Shown here in pieces: positions 1-15,000 of a stretch of DNA of 64,000 bases (positions within the stretch are counted from its first letter, which is position 1; each line of letters opens with the position of its first letter). This stretch comes from Eledone cirrhosa. Lineage: Eukaryota. Position numbers and translations under genes: made by a program. The stretch is taken from the NCBI GenBank assembly GCA_964016885.1, contig OZ024740.1:15686001-15750000 (forward strand), given 5' to 3'. The notes below the pieces were generated by a model. It saw only the letters and a program-made list of their open reading frames with translations, made no database searches and was not told the DNA's origin.

Positions 1-3000
1 TGTGTGTGAGTGTATGTGAGAGCGTATATGTGTGTGAGTATATGTGTGTGAGTGTATGTGTGACTGTATGTGTGTGTGAGCGTATGTGTGTGTGAGTGAT
101 TTGTCAGTGTATGTGTGTATGAGTGTATGTGAGAGCGCATGTGTGTGTGAGTGTATATGTGTGTGAGTGTATGTGTGAGTGCATGTGTGTGTGAGTGTAT
201 GTGTGTGTGAGTATGTGTGTGTGAGTGTATGTGTGTGTCAGTGTGTGTGAGTGTATGTGTGAGTATATGTGTGTGAGAGTGTATGTGCGAGTGAATGTGT
301 GTGTGAGTGTATGTGTGTGTTAGTGTATGTGTGTCTGAGTGTATGTGAGAGCGTATGTGTGAGTGTATGTGTGTGAGTGTATGTGTGAGTGTATGTGTGT
401 GTGAGAGTATGTGAGAACGTATATGTGTGTGAGTCTATATGTGTGAGTGTATGTGTGAGTGTATGTGTCTGTGAGTGTATGTGTGTGAGAGCGTATGTGT
501 GTGTGAGTATATGTGTGTGTGAGTGTATGTGTGAGTGTATGTGTGTGAGAGTGTATGTGTGAGTGTATGTGTGTGAGAGCGTATGTGTGTGTGAGTGTAT
601 GTGAGAGCGTATATGTGTGTGTGAGTGTATGTGTGTGAGTGTATGTGTGAGTGTGTGTGTGAGTGTATGTGTGTGAGAGTGTATGTATGTGTGAGTGTAT
701 GTGAGAGCGCATATGTGTGTAAGTGTATGTGTGTGAGTGTATGTGCTAGTGTATGTGTCTGTGTGTGTATGTGTGTGTGAGTGTATGTGTGTGTGAGTGT
801 ATCTGAGAGCGTATATGTGTGTGAGTGTATGTGTCAGTGTATGTGTGTGTGAGTGTATGTGAGAGCGCATGTGTGTGTGAGTTTATGTGTGTGTGAGTGT
901 ATGTGTGAGTGTATGTGTGTGAGAGTGTATGTGTGTGTGAGTGTATGTGTGTGTGAGTGTATGTGTGTGTGAGTGTATGTGTGTGAGAGTGTATGTGTGT
1001 GTGAGTGTATATGTGTGTGAGTGTATGTGTGAGCGTAAATGTGTGAGTGTATATGTGTGAGTGTATGTGTGAGTGTATGTGTGTGTGAATGTATGTGTGT
1101 GTGAGTGTATGTGTGTGAGAGTGTATGTGAGTGTGAATGTGTGTGTGACTGTATTTATGTGTCAGTGTATGCGTGTGTGAGTGTATGTTAGAGCGTATGT
1201 GTGAGTGTATGTGTGTGTGAGTGTATGTGTGTGTGGGTGTATGTGTGTGTGAGTGTATGTGTGTATGAGTGTATGTGAGAGTGAAATTTTTTATTGAGTG
1301 TATGTGTGTGTGAGTATATGTGTCTGTAAGTGTGTGAGAGCGTATGTGTGTGTGAGTATATGTGTGTGTGAGTGTATGTGTGTGTGAGTGTATGTGAGAG
1401 CGTATGTGTGTAGGAGTGTATGAGTGCGTGAGTGTATGTGTGAGTGTATGTGTGTGTGAGTGTATGTGTGTGTGAGTGTATGTGAGAGCGCATGTGTGTG
1501 TGAGTGTATGTGTGTGTGAGTGTATGTGTGAGTGTATGTGTGTGGGAGTGTATGTGTGTGTGAGCGTATGTGTGTGTGAGTGTATGTGTGTGTGAGTGTA
1601 TGTGTGTGAGAGTGTATGTGAGAGTGAATGTGTGTGTGAGTGTATGTGTGTGTGAGTGTGAGTGTGTGTGAATGTATGTGTGTGTGAGTGTATGTGTGTG
1701 TGAGTGTATGTGTGTGTGAGTGTATGTGTTAGTGTATGTGTGTGTGAGTGTATGTGAGAGCGCATGTGTGTGTGAGTGTATGTGTGAGTGTATGTGAGAG
1801 CGTATATGTGTGTGAGTGTACGTGTGTGAGTGTATGTGTGAGTGTATGTGTGTGAGAGCGTATGTGTGTGTGAGTATATGTGTGTGTGAGTGTATGTGTG
1901 TGTGAGTGTATGTGTCAGTGTGTGTGTTAGCGTGAGTGTGTGTGAGTGTATGTGTGTCTGAGGGTATGTGAGAGCGTATGTGTGTGTGAGTGTGTGTGAG
2001 TGTGAGTTTGTGTGAGTGTATGTGTGTGAGTGTATGTGTGTGTGTGTGTGAGTGTAGGTGTGTGTGAGTGTATGTGTGTGTGAGTGTATGTGTGTGAGTG
2101 TATGTGTAAGTGTATGTTTGTGTGAGTGTATGTGTGTGTGTGAGTGTATGTGAGAGAGTATATGTGTGTGAGTGTATGTGTGTGAGTGTATGTGTGAGTG
2201 TATGTGTGTGTGAGTGTATGTGTGTGTGAGTGTATGTGTGTGTGAGTGTATGTGTGTGTGAGTGTATGTGTGTGAGTGTGTATGTGTGAGTGTATGTGTG
2301 TGTGAGTGTATGTGTGTGTGAGTGTATGTGAGAGCGTATATGTGTGTGACTGTATGTGTGAGTGTATGTGTGTGAGAGTGTATGTGTGTGTGAGTGTATG
2401 TGAGAGTGAATGTGTGTGTGAGTGTATGTGTGTTTGAGTGTATGTGTGTGTGAGTGTATGTGAGAGCGTATGTGTGTATGAGTGTATGTGTGCGTGAGTG
2501 TATGTGTATGTGTATGTGTGTGTGAGTGTAGGTGTGTGTGAGTGTATGTGAGAGCGTAGGTGTGTGTTAGTGTGAGTGTGTGTGAGTGTATGTGTGTGTG
2601 AGTGAAAGTGAGAGCCTATGTGTGTGTGAGTGTGAGTGTGTGTGGGTGTATGTGTGAGTGTATGTGTATGTGAGTGGATGTGTGGGTGTATGTGTGTGTG
2701 TGTGTGATTGTATGTGTGTGTGAGTGTATCTGTGTGTGAGTGTATGCGAGAGCGTATATGTGTGTGAGTGTATGTGTGTGAGTGTATGTGTGAGTGTATG
2801 TGTGTGAGAGCGTATGTGTGTGTGAGTATATGTGTGTATGAGTGTATGTGTGTGTGAGTGTATGTGTCAGTGTATGTGTGTGTGAGTGTATGTGAGAGCG
2901 CATGTGTGTGTGATTGTATGTGTGTGTGAGTGTATGTGTTAATGTATATGTGTGTGAGTGTATGTGTGTGTGAGTGTATGTGTGTCTGAGTGTATGTGTG

Positions 3001-6000
3001 AGCGTATATGTGTGAGTGTATGTGTGTGAGTGTATGTGTGTATGAGTGCATGTGTGTGTGAGTGTATGTGTCAGTGTATGTGTGTGTGAGTGTATGTGTG
3101 TGTGAGTGTATGTGTGTCTGAGTGTATGTGTGAGCGTATATGTGTGCGTGTATGTGTGTGAGTGTATGTGTGTATCAGAGCATGTGTGTATGAGTGTATG
3201 TGTCAGTGTATGTGTGTGTGAGTGTATGTGTGTGTGAGTGTATGTGTGTGTGAGTGTATGTGAGAGCGTATGTGTGTGTGTGAGTGTATGTGTGTGTGAG
3301 TGTATGTGTGTGTGAGTGTATGTGTGTGTGAGTATATGTGTGTGTGAGTGTATGTGTGTGAGAGTGTATGTGAGAGTGAATGTGTGTGTGAGTGTATGTG
3401 TGTGTGAGTGTATGTGTGTCTGAGTGTATGTGAGAGCGTATGTGTGTGTGAGTGTATGTGTGAGTGTATGTGTCTGTGAGTGTATGTGTGTGAGAGCGTA
3501 TGTGTGTGTAAGTGTATGTGTGTGTGAGTGTATGTGTGAGTGTATGTGTGTGAGAGCGTATGTGTGTGTGAGTGTACGTGAGAGTGTATGTGTGTGTGAG
3601 TGTATGTGTGTGTGAGTGTATGTGTGTGTGAGTGTATGTGAGAGCGTATATGTGTGGGAGTGTATGTTTGTGAGTGTATGTGTTAGTGTATGTGTCTGTG
3701 AGTGTATGTGTGTGTGAGTGTATGTGTGTGTGAGTCTATCTGAGAGCGTATATGTGTGTGAGTGTATGTGTGTGAGTGTATGTGTGTGAGAGTATGTGTG
3801 TGAGAGTGCATGTGTGTGTGAGTGTATGTGTCAGTGTATGTGTGTGTGAGTGTATGTGTGTCTGAGTGTATGTGTGAGCGTATATGTGTGAGTATATATG
3901 TGTGAGTGTATCTGTGTGTGAGTGTATGTGTGTGAGAGCGTATGTGTGTGTGAGTGTATGTGTGAGCGCATGTGTGTGAGAGTGTATGTGTGTGTGAGTG
4001 TATGTGAGAGCCTATGTGTGTGTGAGTGTATGTGTGTGTGAGTGTATGTGAGAGCGTATGTGTGTATGAGTGTATGTGTGCGTGAGTGTATGTGTGAGTG
4101 TATGTGTGTGTGAGTGTATGTGTGTGAGAGTGTATGTGAGAGCGTATGTGTGTGTTAGTGTGAGTGTGTGTGAGTGTATGTGTGTGTGAGTGTATGTGTA
4201 TGTGAGTGGATGTGTGGGTGTATGTGTGTGTGTGTGTGAGTGTATGTGTGTGTGAGTGTATATGTGTGTGAGTGTATGTGAGAGCGTATATGTGTGTGAC
4301 TGTATGTGTGAGTGTATGTGTGTGAGAGTGTATGTGTGTGTGAGTGTATGTGTATGTGAGTGGATGTGTGAGTTTATGTGTGTGTGTGTGTGTGAGTGTA
4401 TGGGTGTGTGAGTGTATCTGTGTGTGAGTGTATGTGAGAGCGTATATGTGTGTGTGTGTATGTGTGTGAGTGTATGTGTGAGTGTATGTGTGTGTGAGTA
4501 TATCTGTGTGTGAGTGTATGTGTGTGTGAGTGTATGTGTCAGTGTATGTGTGTGTGAGTGTATGTGTGTCTGTGTGAGTGTATGTGTGTGTGAGTGTATG
4601 TGAGAGCGTATATGTGTGTGAGTGTATATGTGTGAGTGTATGTGTGAGTGTATGTGTGTGTGAGTGTATGTGTGTGAGAGGGTATGTGTGTGTGAGTGTA
4701 TGTGTGTGTGAGTGTATGTGTGACTGTATGTGTGTGAGAGCGTATGTGTGTGTGAGGGTATGTGAGAGCGTATATGTGTGTGAGTGTATGTGTGTGAGTG
4801 TATGTTTGAGTGTATGTGTGTGTGAGTGTATGTGTGTGTGAGTGTATGTGAGAGCGTATATGTGTGTGAGTGTATGTGTGTGAGTGTATGTGTGAGTGTA
4901 TGTGTGTGTGAGTGTATGTGTGTGTGAGTGTATGAGTCAGTGTATGTGTGTGTGAGTGTATGTGAGAGCGCATGTGTGAGTGAGTGTATGTGTGTGTGAG
5001 TGTATGTGTGAGTGTATGTGTGTGTGAGTGTATGTGTGTGTGAGTGTATGTGTGTGTGAGTGTATGTGTGTGTGAGTGTATGTGTGTGTGAGTGTATGTG
5101 TGTGAGTGTATGTGTGAGTGTATGTGTGTGTGAGTGTATGTCTGTGTGAGTGTATGTGTGTGTGAGTGTATGTGTGTGTGTGTGTATGTATGTGAGAGTG
5201 TAAGTTTATGTGAGAGTGAATGTGTGTGTGGGAGTATTTGTGTGTGAGTGTATGTGTGTCTGAGTGTATGTGAGAGCGTATGTGTGTGTGAGTGTATGTG
5301 TGTGAGTGTATGTGTGAGTGTATGTGTGTGTGAGTGTATGTGAGAGCATATATGTGTGTGATTGTATATGTGTGAGTGTATGTGTGAGTGTATGTGTCTG
5401 TGAGTGTATGTGTGTGAGAGCGTATGAGTGTGTAAGTGTATGTGTGTGTGAGTGTATGTGTGAGTGCATGTGTGTGAGAGCGTATATGTGTGTGAGTGTA
5501 TGTGAGAGCGTATATGTGTGTGAGTGTATGTGTGTGAGTGTATGTGTTAGTGTATGTGTCTGTGAGTGTATGTGTGTGTGAGTATATGTGTGTGTGAGTG
5601 CATGTCTGTGTGAGTGTATGTGTCAGTGTATGTGTGTGTGAGTGTATGTGTGTGGGAGTGTATGTGTGTCTGAGTGTATGTGTGAGCGTATATGTGTGAG
5701 TGTATGTGTGTGAGTGTATGTGTGTATGAGAGCATGTGTGTATGAGTGTATGTGTCAGTGTATGTGTGTGTGAGTGTATGTGTGTGTGTGTGTATGTGTG
5801 TGTGAATGTGTGTGTGAGTGTAGGTCTATGTGTGTGTGAGTGTATGTGAGATTGAATTTGTGTGTGAGTGTGTGTGTGTGTGAGTGTATGTGTGTGTGAG
5901 TGTATGTGAGAGCGTATGTGTGTGTTAGTGTGAGTGTGTGTGAGTGTATGTGTGTGTGAGTGAATGTTGGAGCCTATGTGTGTGTGAGTGTGAGTGTGTG

Positions 6001-9000
6001 TGAGTGTATGTGTGTGTGAGTGAATGTTGGAGCCTATGTGTGTGTGAGTGTGAGTGTGTGTGAGTGTATGTGTGTGTGAGTGTATGTGAATGTGAGTGGA
6101 TGTGTGGGTGTATGTGTGTGTGAGTGTATGTGTGTGTGAGTGTATCTGTGTGTGAGTGGATGTGTGAGCGTATATGTGTGTGACTGTATGTGTGAGTGTA
6201 TGTGTGAGTGTATGTGAGAGCGTATATGTGTGTGAGTGTATGTGTGTGAGTGTATGTGTGACTGTATGTGTGTGTGAGTGTATGTGTGTGTGAGTGTATG
6301 TGTCAGTGTATGTGTGTGTGAGTGTATGTGAGAGCGCATGTGTGTGTGAGTGTATGTGTGTGTGAGTGTATGTGTGAGTGTATGTGTGTGTGAGTGTATG
6401 TGTGTGTGAGTGTATGTGTGTGTGAGTGTATGTGTGTGAGACTGTATGTGTGTGTGAGTGTATGTGTGTCTGAGTGTATGTGTGAGCGTATATGTGTGAG
6501 TGTATGTGTGTGTGAGTGTATGTGTGTGAGAGTGTATGTGAGAGCGTATGTGTGTGTTAGTGTGAGTGTGTGTGAGTGTATGTGTGTGTGAGTGTATGTG
6601 TATGTGAGTGGATGTGTGGGTGTATGTGTGTGTGTGTGTGAGTGTATGTGTGTGTGAGTGTATATGTGTGTGAGTGTATGTGAGAGCGTATATGTGTGTG
6701 ACTGTATGTGTGAGTGTATGTGTGTGAGAGTGTATGTGTGTGTGAGTGTATGTGTATGTGAGTGGATGTGTGAGTTTATGTGTGTGTGTGTGTGTGAGTG
6801 TATGGGTGTGTGAGTGTATCTGTGTGTGAGTGTATGTGAGAGCGTATATGTGTGTGTGTGTATGTGTGTGAGTGTATGTGTGAGTGTATGTGTGTGTGAG
6901 TATATCTGTGTGTGAGTGTATGTGTGTGTGAGTGTATGTGTCAGTGTATGTGTGTGTGAGTGTATGTGTGTCTGTGTGAGTGTATGTGTGTGTGAGTGTA
7001 TGTGAGAGCGTATATGTGTGTGAGTGTATATGTGTGAGTGTATGTGTGAGTGTATGTGTGTGTGAGTGTATGTGTGTGAGAGGGTATGTGTGTGTGAGTG
7101 TATGTGTGTGTGAGTGTATGTGTGACTGTATGTGTGTGAGAGCGTATGTGTGTGTGAGGGTATGTGAGAGCGTATATGTGTGTGAGTGTATGTGTGTGAG
7201 TGTATGTTTGAGTGTATGTGTGTGTGAGTGTATGTGTGTGTGAGTGTATGTGAGAGCGTATATGTGTGTGAGTGTATGTGTGTGAGTGTATGTGTGAGTG
7301 TATGTGTGTGTGAGTGTATGTGTGTGTGAGTGTATGAGTCAGTGTATGTGTGTGTGAGTGTATGTGAGAGCGCATGTGTGAGTGAGTGTATGTGTGTGTG
7401 AGTGTATGTGTGAGTGTATGTGTGTGTGAGTGTATGTGTGTGTGAGTGTATGTGTGTGTGAGTGTATGTGTGTGTGAGTGTATGTGTGTGTGAGTGTATG
7501 TGTGTGAGTGTATGTGTGAGTGTATGTGTGTGTGAGTGTATGTCTGTGTGAGTGTATGTGTGTGTGAGTGTATGTGTGTGTGTGTGTATGTATGTGAGAG
7601 TGTAAGTTTATGTGAGAGTGAATGTGTGTGTGGGAGTATTTGTGTGTGAGTGTATGTGTGTCTGAGTGTATGTGAGAGCGTATGTGTGTGTGAGTGTATG
7701 TGTGTGAGTGTATGTGTGAGTGTATGTGTGTGTGAGTGTATGTGAGAGCATATATGTGTGTGATTGTATATGTGTGAGTGTATGTGTGAGTGTATGTGTC
7801 TGTGAGTGTATGTGTGTGAGAGCGTATGAGTGTGTAAGTGTATGTGTGTGTGAGTGTATGTGTGAGTGCATGTGTGTGAGAGCGTATATGTGTGTGAGTG
7901 TATGTGAGAGCGTATATGTGTGTGAGTGTATGTGTGTGAGTGTATGTGTTAGTGTATGTGTCTGTGAGTGTATGTGTGTGTGAGTATATGTGTGTGTGAG
8001 TGCATGTCTGTGTGAGTGTATGTGTCAGTGTATGTGTGTGTGAGTGTATGTGTGTGGGAGTGTATGTGTGTCTGAGTGTATGTGTGAGCGTATATGTGTG
8101 AGTGTATGTGTGTGAGTGTATGTGTGTATGAGAGCATGTGTGTATGAGTGTATGTGTCAGTGTATGTGTGTGTGAGTGTATGTGTGTGTGTGTGTATGTG
8201 TGTGTGAATGTGTGTGTGAGTGTAGGTCTATGTGTGTGTGAGTGTATGTGAGATTGAATTTGTGTGTGAGTGTGTGTGTGTGTGAGTGTATGTGTGTGTG
8301 AGTGTATGTGAGAGCGTATGTGTGTGTTAGTGTGAGTGTGTGTGAGTGTATGTGTGTGTGAGTGAATGTTGGAGCCTATGTGTGTGTGAGTGTGAGTGTG
8401 TGTGAGTGTATGTGTGTGTGAGTGAATGTTGGAGCCTATGTGTGTGTGAGTGTGAGTGTGTGTGAGTGTATGTGTGTGTGAGTGTATGTGAATGTGAGTG
8501 GATGTGTGGGTGTATGTGTGTGTGAGTGTATGTGTGTGTGAGTGTATCTGTGTGTGAGTGGATGTGTGAGCGTATATGTGTGTGACTGTATGTGTGAGTG
8601 TATGTGTGAGTGTATGTGAGAGCGTATATGTGTGTGAGTGTATGTGTGTGAGTGTATGTGTGACTGTATGTGTGTGTGAGTGTATGTGTGTGTGAGTGTA
8701 TGTGTCAGTGTATGTGTGTGTGAGTGTATGTGAGAGCGCATGTGTGTGTGAGTGTATGTGTGTGTGAGTGTATGTGTGAGTGTATGTGTGTGTGAGTGTA
8801 TGTGTGTGTGAGTGTATGTGTGTGTGAGTGTATGTGTGTGAGACTGTATGTGTGTGTGAGTGTATGTGTGTCTGAGTGTATGTGTGAGCGTATATGTGTG
8901 AGTGTATGTGTGTGTGAGTGTATGTGAGAGCGTATATGTGTGTGAGTATATGTGTGTGAGTGTATGTGTGACTGTATGTGTGTGTGAGCGTATGTGTGTG

Positions 9001-12000
9001 TGAGTGATTTGTCAGTGTATGTGTGTATGAGTGTATGTGAGAGCGCATGTGTGTGTGAGTGTATATGTGTGTGAGTGTATGTGTGAGTGCATGTGTGTGT
9101 GAGTGTATGTGTGTGTGAGTATGTGTGTGTGAGTGTATGTGTGTGTCAGTGTGTGTGAGTGTATGTGTGAGTATATGTGTGTGAGAGTGTATGTGCGAGT
9201 GAATGTGTGTGTGAGTGTATGTGTGTGTTAGTGTATGTGTGTCTGAGTGTATGTGAGAGCGTATGTGTGAGTGTATGTGTGTGAGTGTATGTGTGAGTGT
9301 ATGTGTGTGTGAGAGTATGTGAGAACGTATATGTGTGTGAGTCTATATGTGTGAGTGTATGTGTGAGTGTATGTGTCTGTGAGTGTATGTGTGTGAGAGC
9401 GTATGTGTGTGTGAGTATATGTGTGTGTGAGTGTATGTGTGAGTGTATGTGTGTGAGAGTGTATGTGTGAGTGTATGTGTGTGAGAGCGTATGTGTGTGT
9501 GAGTGTATGTGAGAGCGTATATGTGTGTGTGAGTGTATGTGTGTGAGTGTATGTGTGAGTGTGTGTGTGAGTGTATGTGTGTGAGAGTGTATGTATGTGT
9601 GAGTGTATGTGAGAGCGCATATGTGTGTAAGTGTATGTGTGTGAGTGTATGTGCTAGTGTATGTGTCTGTGTGTGTATGTGTGTGTGAGTGTATGTGTGT
9701 GTGAGTGTATCTGAGAGCGTATATGTGTGTGAGTGTATGTGTCAGTGTATGTGTGTGTGAGTGTATGTGAGAGCGCATGTGTGTGTGAGTTTATGTGTGT
9801 GTGAGTGTATGTGTGAGTGTATGTGTGTGAGAGTGTATGTGTGTGTGAGTGTATGTGTGTGTGAGTGTATGTGTGTGTGAGTGTATGTGTGTGAGAGTGT
9901 ATGTGTGTGTGAGTGTATATGTGTGTGAGTGTATGTGTGAGCGTAAATGTGTGAGTGTATATGTGTGAGTGTATGTGTGAGTGTATGTGTGTGTGAATGT
10001 ATGTGTGTGTGAGTGTATGTGTGTGAGAGTGTATGTGAGTGTGAATGTGTGTGTGACTGTATTTATGTGTCAGTGTATGCGTGTGTGAGTGTATGTTAGA
10101 GCGTATGTGTGAGTGTATGTGTGTGTGAGTGTATGTGTGTGTGGGTGTATGTGTGTGTGAGTGTATGTGTGTATGAGTGTATGTGAGAGTGAAATTTTTT
10201 ATTGAGTGTATGTGTGTGTGAGTATATGTGTCTGTAAGTGTGTGAGAGCGTATGTGTGTGTGAGTATATGTGTGTGTGAGTGTATGTGTGTGTGAGTGTA
10301 TGTGAGAGCGTATGTGTGTAGGAGTGTATGAGTGCGTGAGTGTATGTGTGAGTGTATGTGTGTGTGAGTGTATGTGTGTGTGAGTGTATGTGAGAGCGCA
10401 TGTGTGTGTGAGTGTATGTGTGTGTGAGTGTATGTGTGAGTGTATGTGTGTGGGAGTGTATGTGTGTGTGAGCGTATGTGTGTGTGAGTGTATGTGTGTG
10501 TGAGTGTATGTGTGTGAGAGTGTATGTGAGAGTGAATGTGTGTGTGAGTGTATGTGTGTGTGAGTGTGAGTGTGTGTGAATGTATGTGTGTGTGAGTGTA
10601 TGTGTGTGTGAGTGTATGTGTGTGTGAGTGTATGTGTTAGTGTATGTGTGTGTGAGTGTATGTGAGAGCGCATGTGTGTGTGAGTGTATGTGTGAGTGTA
10701 TGTGAGAGCGTATATGTGTGTGAGTGTACGTGTGTGAGTGTATGTGTGAGTGTATGTGTGTGAGAGCGTATGTGTGTGTGAGTATATGTGTGTGTGAGTG
10801 TATGTGTGTGTGAGTGTATGTGTCAGTGTGTGTGTTAGCGTGAGTGTGTGTGAGTGTATGTGTGTCTGAGGGTATGTGAGAGCGTATGTGTGTGTGAGTG
10901 TGTGTGAGTGTGAGTTTGTGTGAGTGTATGTGTGTGAGTGTATGTGTGTGTGTGTGTGAGTGTAGGTGTGTGTGAGTGTATGTGTGTGTGAGTGTATGTG
11001 TGTGAGTGTATGTGTAAGTGTATGTTTGTGTGAGTGTATGTGTGTGTGTGAGTGTATGTGAGAGAGTATATGTGTGTGAGTGTATGTGTGTGAGTGTATG
11101 TGTGAGTGTATGTGTGTGTGAGTGTATGTGTGTGTGAGTGTATGTGTGTGTGAGTGTATGTGTGTGTGAGTGTATGTGTGTGAGTGTGTATGTGTGAGTG
11201 TATGTGTGTGTGAGTGTATGTGTGTGTGAGTGTATGTGAGAGCGTATATGTGTGTGACTGTATGTGTGAGTGTATGTGTGTGAGAGTGTATGTGTGTGTG
11301 AGTGTATGTGAGAGTGAATGTGTGTGTGAGTGTATGTGTGTTTGAGTGTATGTGTGTGTGAGTGTATGTGAGAGCGTATGTGTGTATGAGTGTATGTGTG
11401 CGTGAGTGTATGTGTATGTGTATGTGTGTGTGAGTGTAGGTGTGTGTGAGTGTATGTGAGAGCGTAGGTGTGTGTTAGTGTGAGTGTGTGTGAGTGTATG
11501 TGTGTGTGAGTGAAAGTGAGAGCCTATGTGTGTGTGAGTGTGAGTGTGTGTGGGTGTATGTGTGAGTGTATGTGTATGTGAGTGGATGTGTGGGTGTATG
11601 TGTGTGTGTGTGTGATTGTATGTGTGTGTGAGTGTATCTGTGTGTGAGTGTATGCGAGAGCGTATATGTGTGTGAGTGTATGTGTGTGAGTGTATGTGTG
11701 AGTGTATGTGTGTGAGAGCGTATGTGTGTGTGAGTATATGTGTGTATGAGTGTATGTGTGTGTGAGTGTATGTGTCAGTGTATGTGTGTGTGAGTGTATG
11801 TGAGAGCGCATGTGTGTGTGATTGTATGTGTGTGTGAGTGTATGTGTTAATGTATATGTGTGTGAGTGTATGTGTGTGTGAGTGTATGTGTGTCTGAGTG
11901 TATGTGTGAGCGTATATGTGTGAGTGTATGTGTGTGAGTGTATGTGTGTATGAGTGCATGTGTGTGTGAGTGTATGTGTCAGTGTATGTGTGTGTGAGTG

Positions 12001-15000
12001 TATGTGTGTGTGAGTGTATGTGTGTCTGAGTGTATGTGTGAGCGTATATGTGTGCGTGTATGTGTGTGAGTGTATGTGTGTATCAGAGCATGTGTGTATG
12101 AGTGTATGTGTCAGTGTATGTGTGTGTGAGTGTATGTGTGTGTGAGTGTATGTGTGTGTGAGTGTATGTGAGAGCGTATGTGTGTGTTAGTGTGAGTGTG
12201 TGTGAGTGTATGTGTGTGTGAGTGAATGTTGGAGCCTATGTGTGTGTGAGTGTGAGTGTGTGTGAGTGTATGTGTGTGTGAGTGTATGTGAATGTGAGTG
12301 GATGTATGGGTGTATGTGTGTGTGAGTGTATGTGTGTGTGAGTGTATCTGTGTGTGAGTGGATGTGTGAGCGTATATGTGTGTGACTGTATGTGTGAGTG
12401 TATGTGTATGAGAGTGTATGTGTGTGTGAGTGTATGTGTATGTGAGTGGATGTGTGAGTTTATGTGTGTGTGTGTGTGTTTGAGTGTATGTGTGTGTGAG
12501 TGTATCTGTGTGTGAGTGTATGTGTGTCTGTGTGAGTGTATGTGAGAGCGTATATTTGTGTGAGTGTATATGTGTGAGTGTATGTGTGAGTGTATGTGTG
12601 TGTGAGTGTATGTGTGTGTGAGTGTATGGGTGTGTGAGTGTATGTGTGTGTGAGTGTATGTGTGTGAGAGCGTATGTGTGTGTGAGTGTATGTGAGAGCG
12701 TATATGTGAGTGAGTGTATGTGTGTGTGAGTGTATGTGTGTGTGAGTGTATGTGAGAGCGTATATGTGTGTGAGTGTATGTGTGTGAGTGTATGTGTGAC
12801 TGTATGTGTGTGTGAGTGTATGTGTGTGTATGTGTCAGTGTATGTGTGTGTGAGTGTATGTGAGAGCGCATGTGTGTGTGAGTGTATGTGTGTGTGAGTG
12901 TATGTGTGAGTGTATGTGTGTGAGTGTATGTGTGTGTGAGTGTATGTGTGTGTGAGTGTATGTGTGTGAGTGTATGTGTGTGAGAGTGTATGTGTGTGTG
13001 AGTGTATGTGTGTGAGACTGTATGTGTGTGTGAGTGTATGTGTGTCTGAGTGTATGTGTGAGCGTATATGTTTGAGTGTATGTGTGTGTGAGTGTATGTG
13101 AGAGCGTATATGTGTGTGAGTGTATGTGTGTGAGTGTATGTGTGACTGTATGTGTGTGTGAGCGTATGTGTGTGTGAGTGTATTTGTCAGTGTATGTGTG
13201 TGTGAGTGTATGTGAGAGCGCATGTGTGTGTGAGTGTATATGTGTGTGAGTGTATGTGTGAGTGCATGTGTGTGTGAGTGTATGTGTGTGTGAGTGTATG
13301 TGTGTGTGAGTGTATGTGTGTGTCAGTGTGTGTGAGTGTATGTGTGAGTATATGTGTGTGAGAGTGTATGTGCGAGTGAATGTGTGTGTGAGTGAATGTG
13401 TGTGTTAGTGTATGTGTGTCTGAGTGTATGTGAGAGCGTATGTGTGAGTGTATGTGTGTGAGTGTATGTGTGAGTGTATGTGTGTGTGAGAGTATGTGAG
13501 AACGTATATGTGTGTGAGTCTATATGTGTGAGTGTATGTGTGAGTGTATGTGTCTGTGAGTGTATGTGTGTGAGAGCGTATGTGTGTGTGAGTATATGTG
13601 TGTGTGAGTGTATGTGTGAGTGTATGTGTGTGAGAGTGTATGTGTGAGTGTATGTGTGTGAGAGCGTATGTGTGTGTGAGTGTATGTGAGAGCGTATATG
13701 TGTGTGTGAGTGTATGTGTGTGAGTGTATGTGTGAGTGTGTGTGTGAGTGTATGTGTGTGAGAGTGTATGTGTGTGTGAGTGTATGTGAGAGCGCATATG
13801 TGTGTGAGTGTATGTGTGTGAGTGTATGTGCTAGTGTATGTGTCTGTGTGTGTATGTGTGTGTGAGTGTATGTGTGTGTGAGTGTATCTGAGAGCGTATA
13901 TGTGTGTGAGTGTATGTGTCAGTGTATGTGTGTGTGAGTGTATGTGAGAGCGCATGTGTGTGTGAGTTTATGTGTGTGTGAGTGTATGTGTGAGTGTATG
14001 TGTGTGAGAGTGTATGTGTGTGTGAGTGTATGTGTGTGTGAGTGTATGTGTGTGAGAGTGTATGTGTGTGTGAGTGTATGTGTGTGTGAGTGTATGTGTG
14101 AGCGTAAATGTGTGAGTGTATATGTGTGAGTGTATGTGTGAGTGTATGTGTGTGTGAATGTATGTGTGTGAGTGTATGTGTGTGAGAGTGTATGTGAGTG
14201 TGAATGTGTGTGTGACTGTATTTATGTGTCAGTGTATGCGTGTGTGAGTGTATGTTAGAGCGTATGTGTGAGTGTATGTGTGTGTGAGTGTATGTGTGTG
14301 TGGGTGTATGTGTGTGTGAGTGTATGTGTGTATGAGTGTATGTGAGAGTGAATTTTTTTATTGAGTGTATGTGTGTGTGAGTATATGTGTCTGTAAGTGT
14401 ATGTGAGAGCGTATGTGTGTGTGAGTATATGTGTGTGTGAGTGTATGTGTGTGTCAGTGTATGTGAGAGCGTATGTGTGTAGGAGTGTATGTTTGCGTGA
14501 GTGTATGTGTGAGTGTATGTGTGTGTGAGTGTATGTGTGTGTGAGTGTATGTGAGAGCGCATGTGTGTGTGAGTGTATGTGTGTGTGAGTGTATGTGTGA
14601 GTGTATGTGTGTGGGAGTGTATGTGTGTGTGAGCGTATGTGTGTGTGAGTGTATGTGTGTGTGAGTGTATGTGTGTGAGAGTGTATGTGAGAGTGAATGT
14701 GTGTGTGAGTGTATGTGTGTGTGAGTGTGAGTGTGTGTGAATGTATGTGTGTGTGAGTGTATGTGAGAGCGTATGTGTGAGAGTGTGAGTGTGTGTGAGT
14801 GTATGTGTGTTAGTGTATGTGTGTGTGAGTGTATGTGTGTGAGAGTGTATGTGAGAGCGTATATGTGTGTGAGTGTATATGTGTGAGTGTATGTATGAGT
14901 GTATGTGTGTGTGAGTGTATGTGTGTGTGAGCGTATGTGTGTGTGAGTGTATGTGTGTGTGAGTGTATGTGTGAGTGTATGTGTGTGAGAACGTATGTGT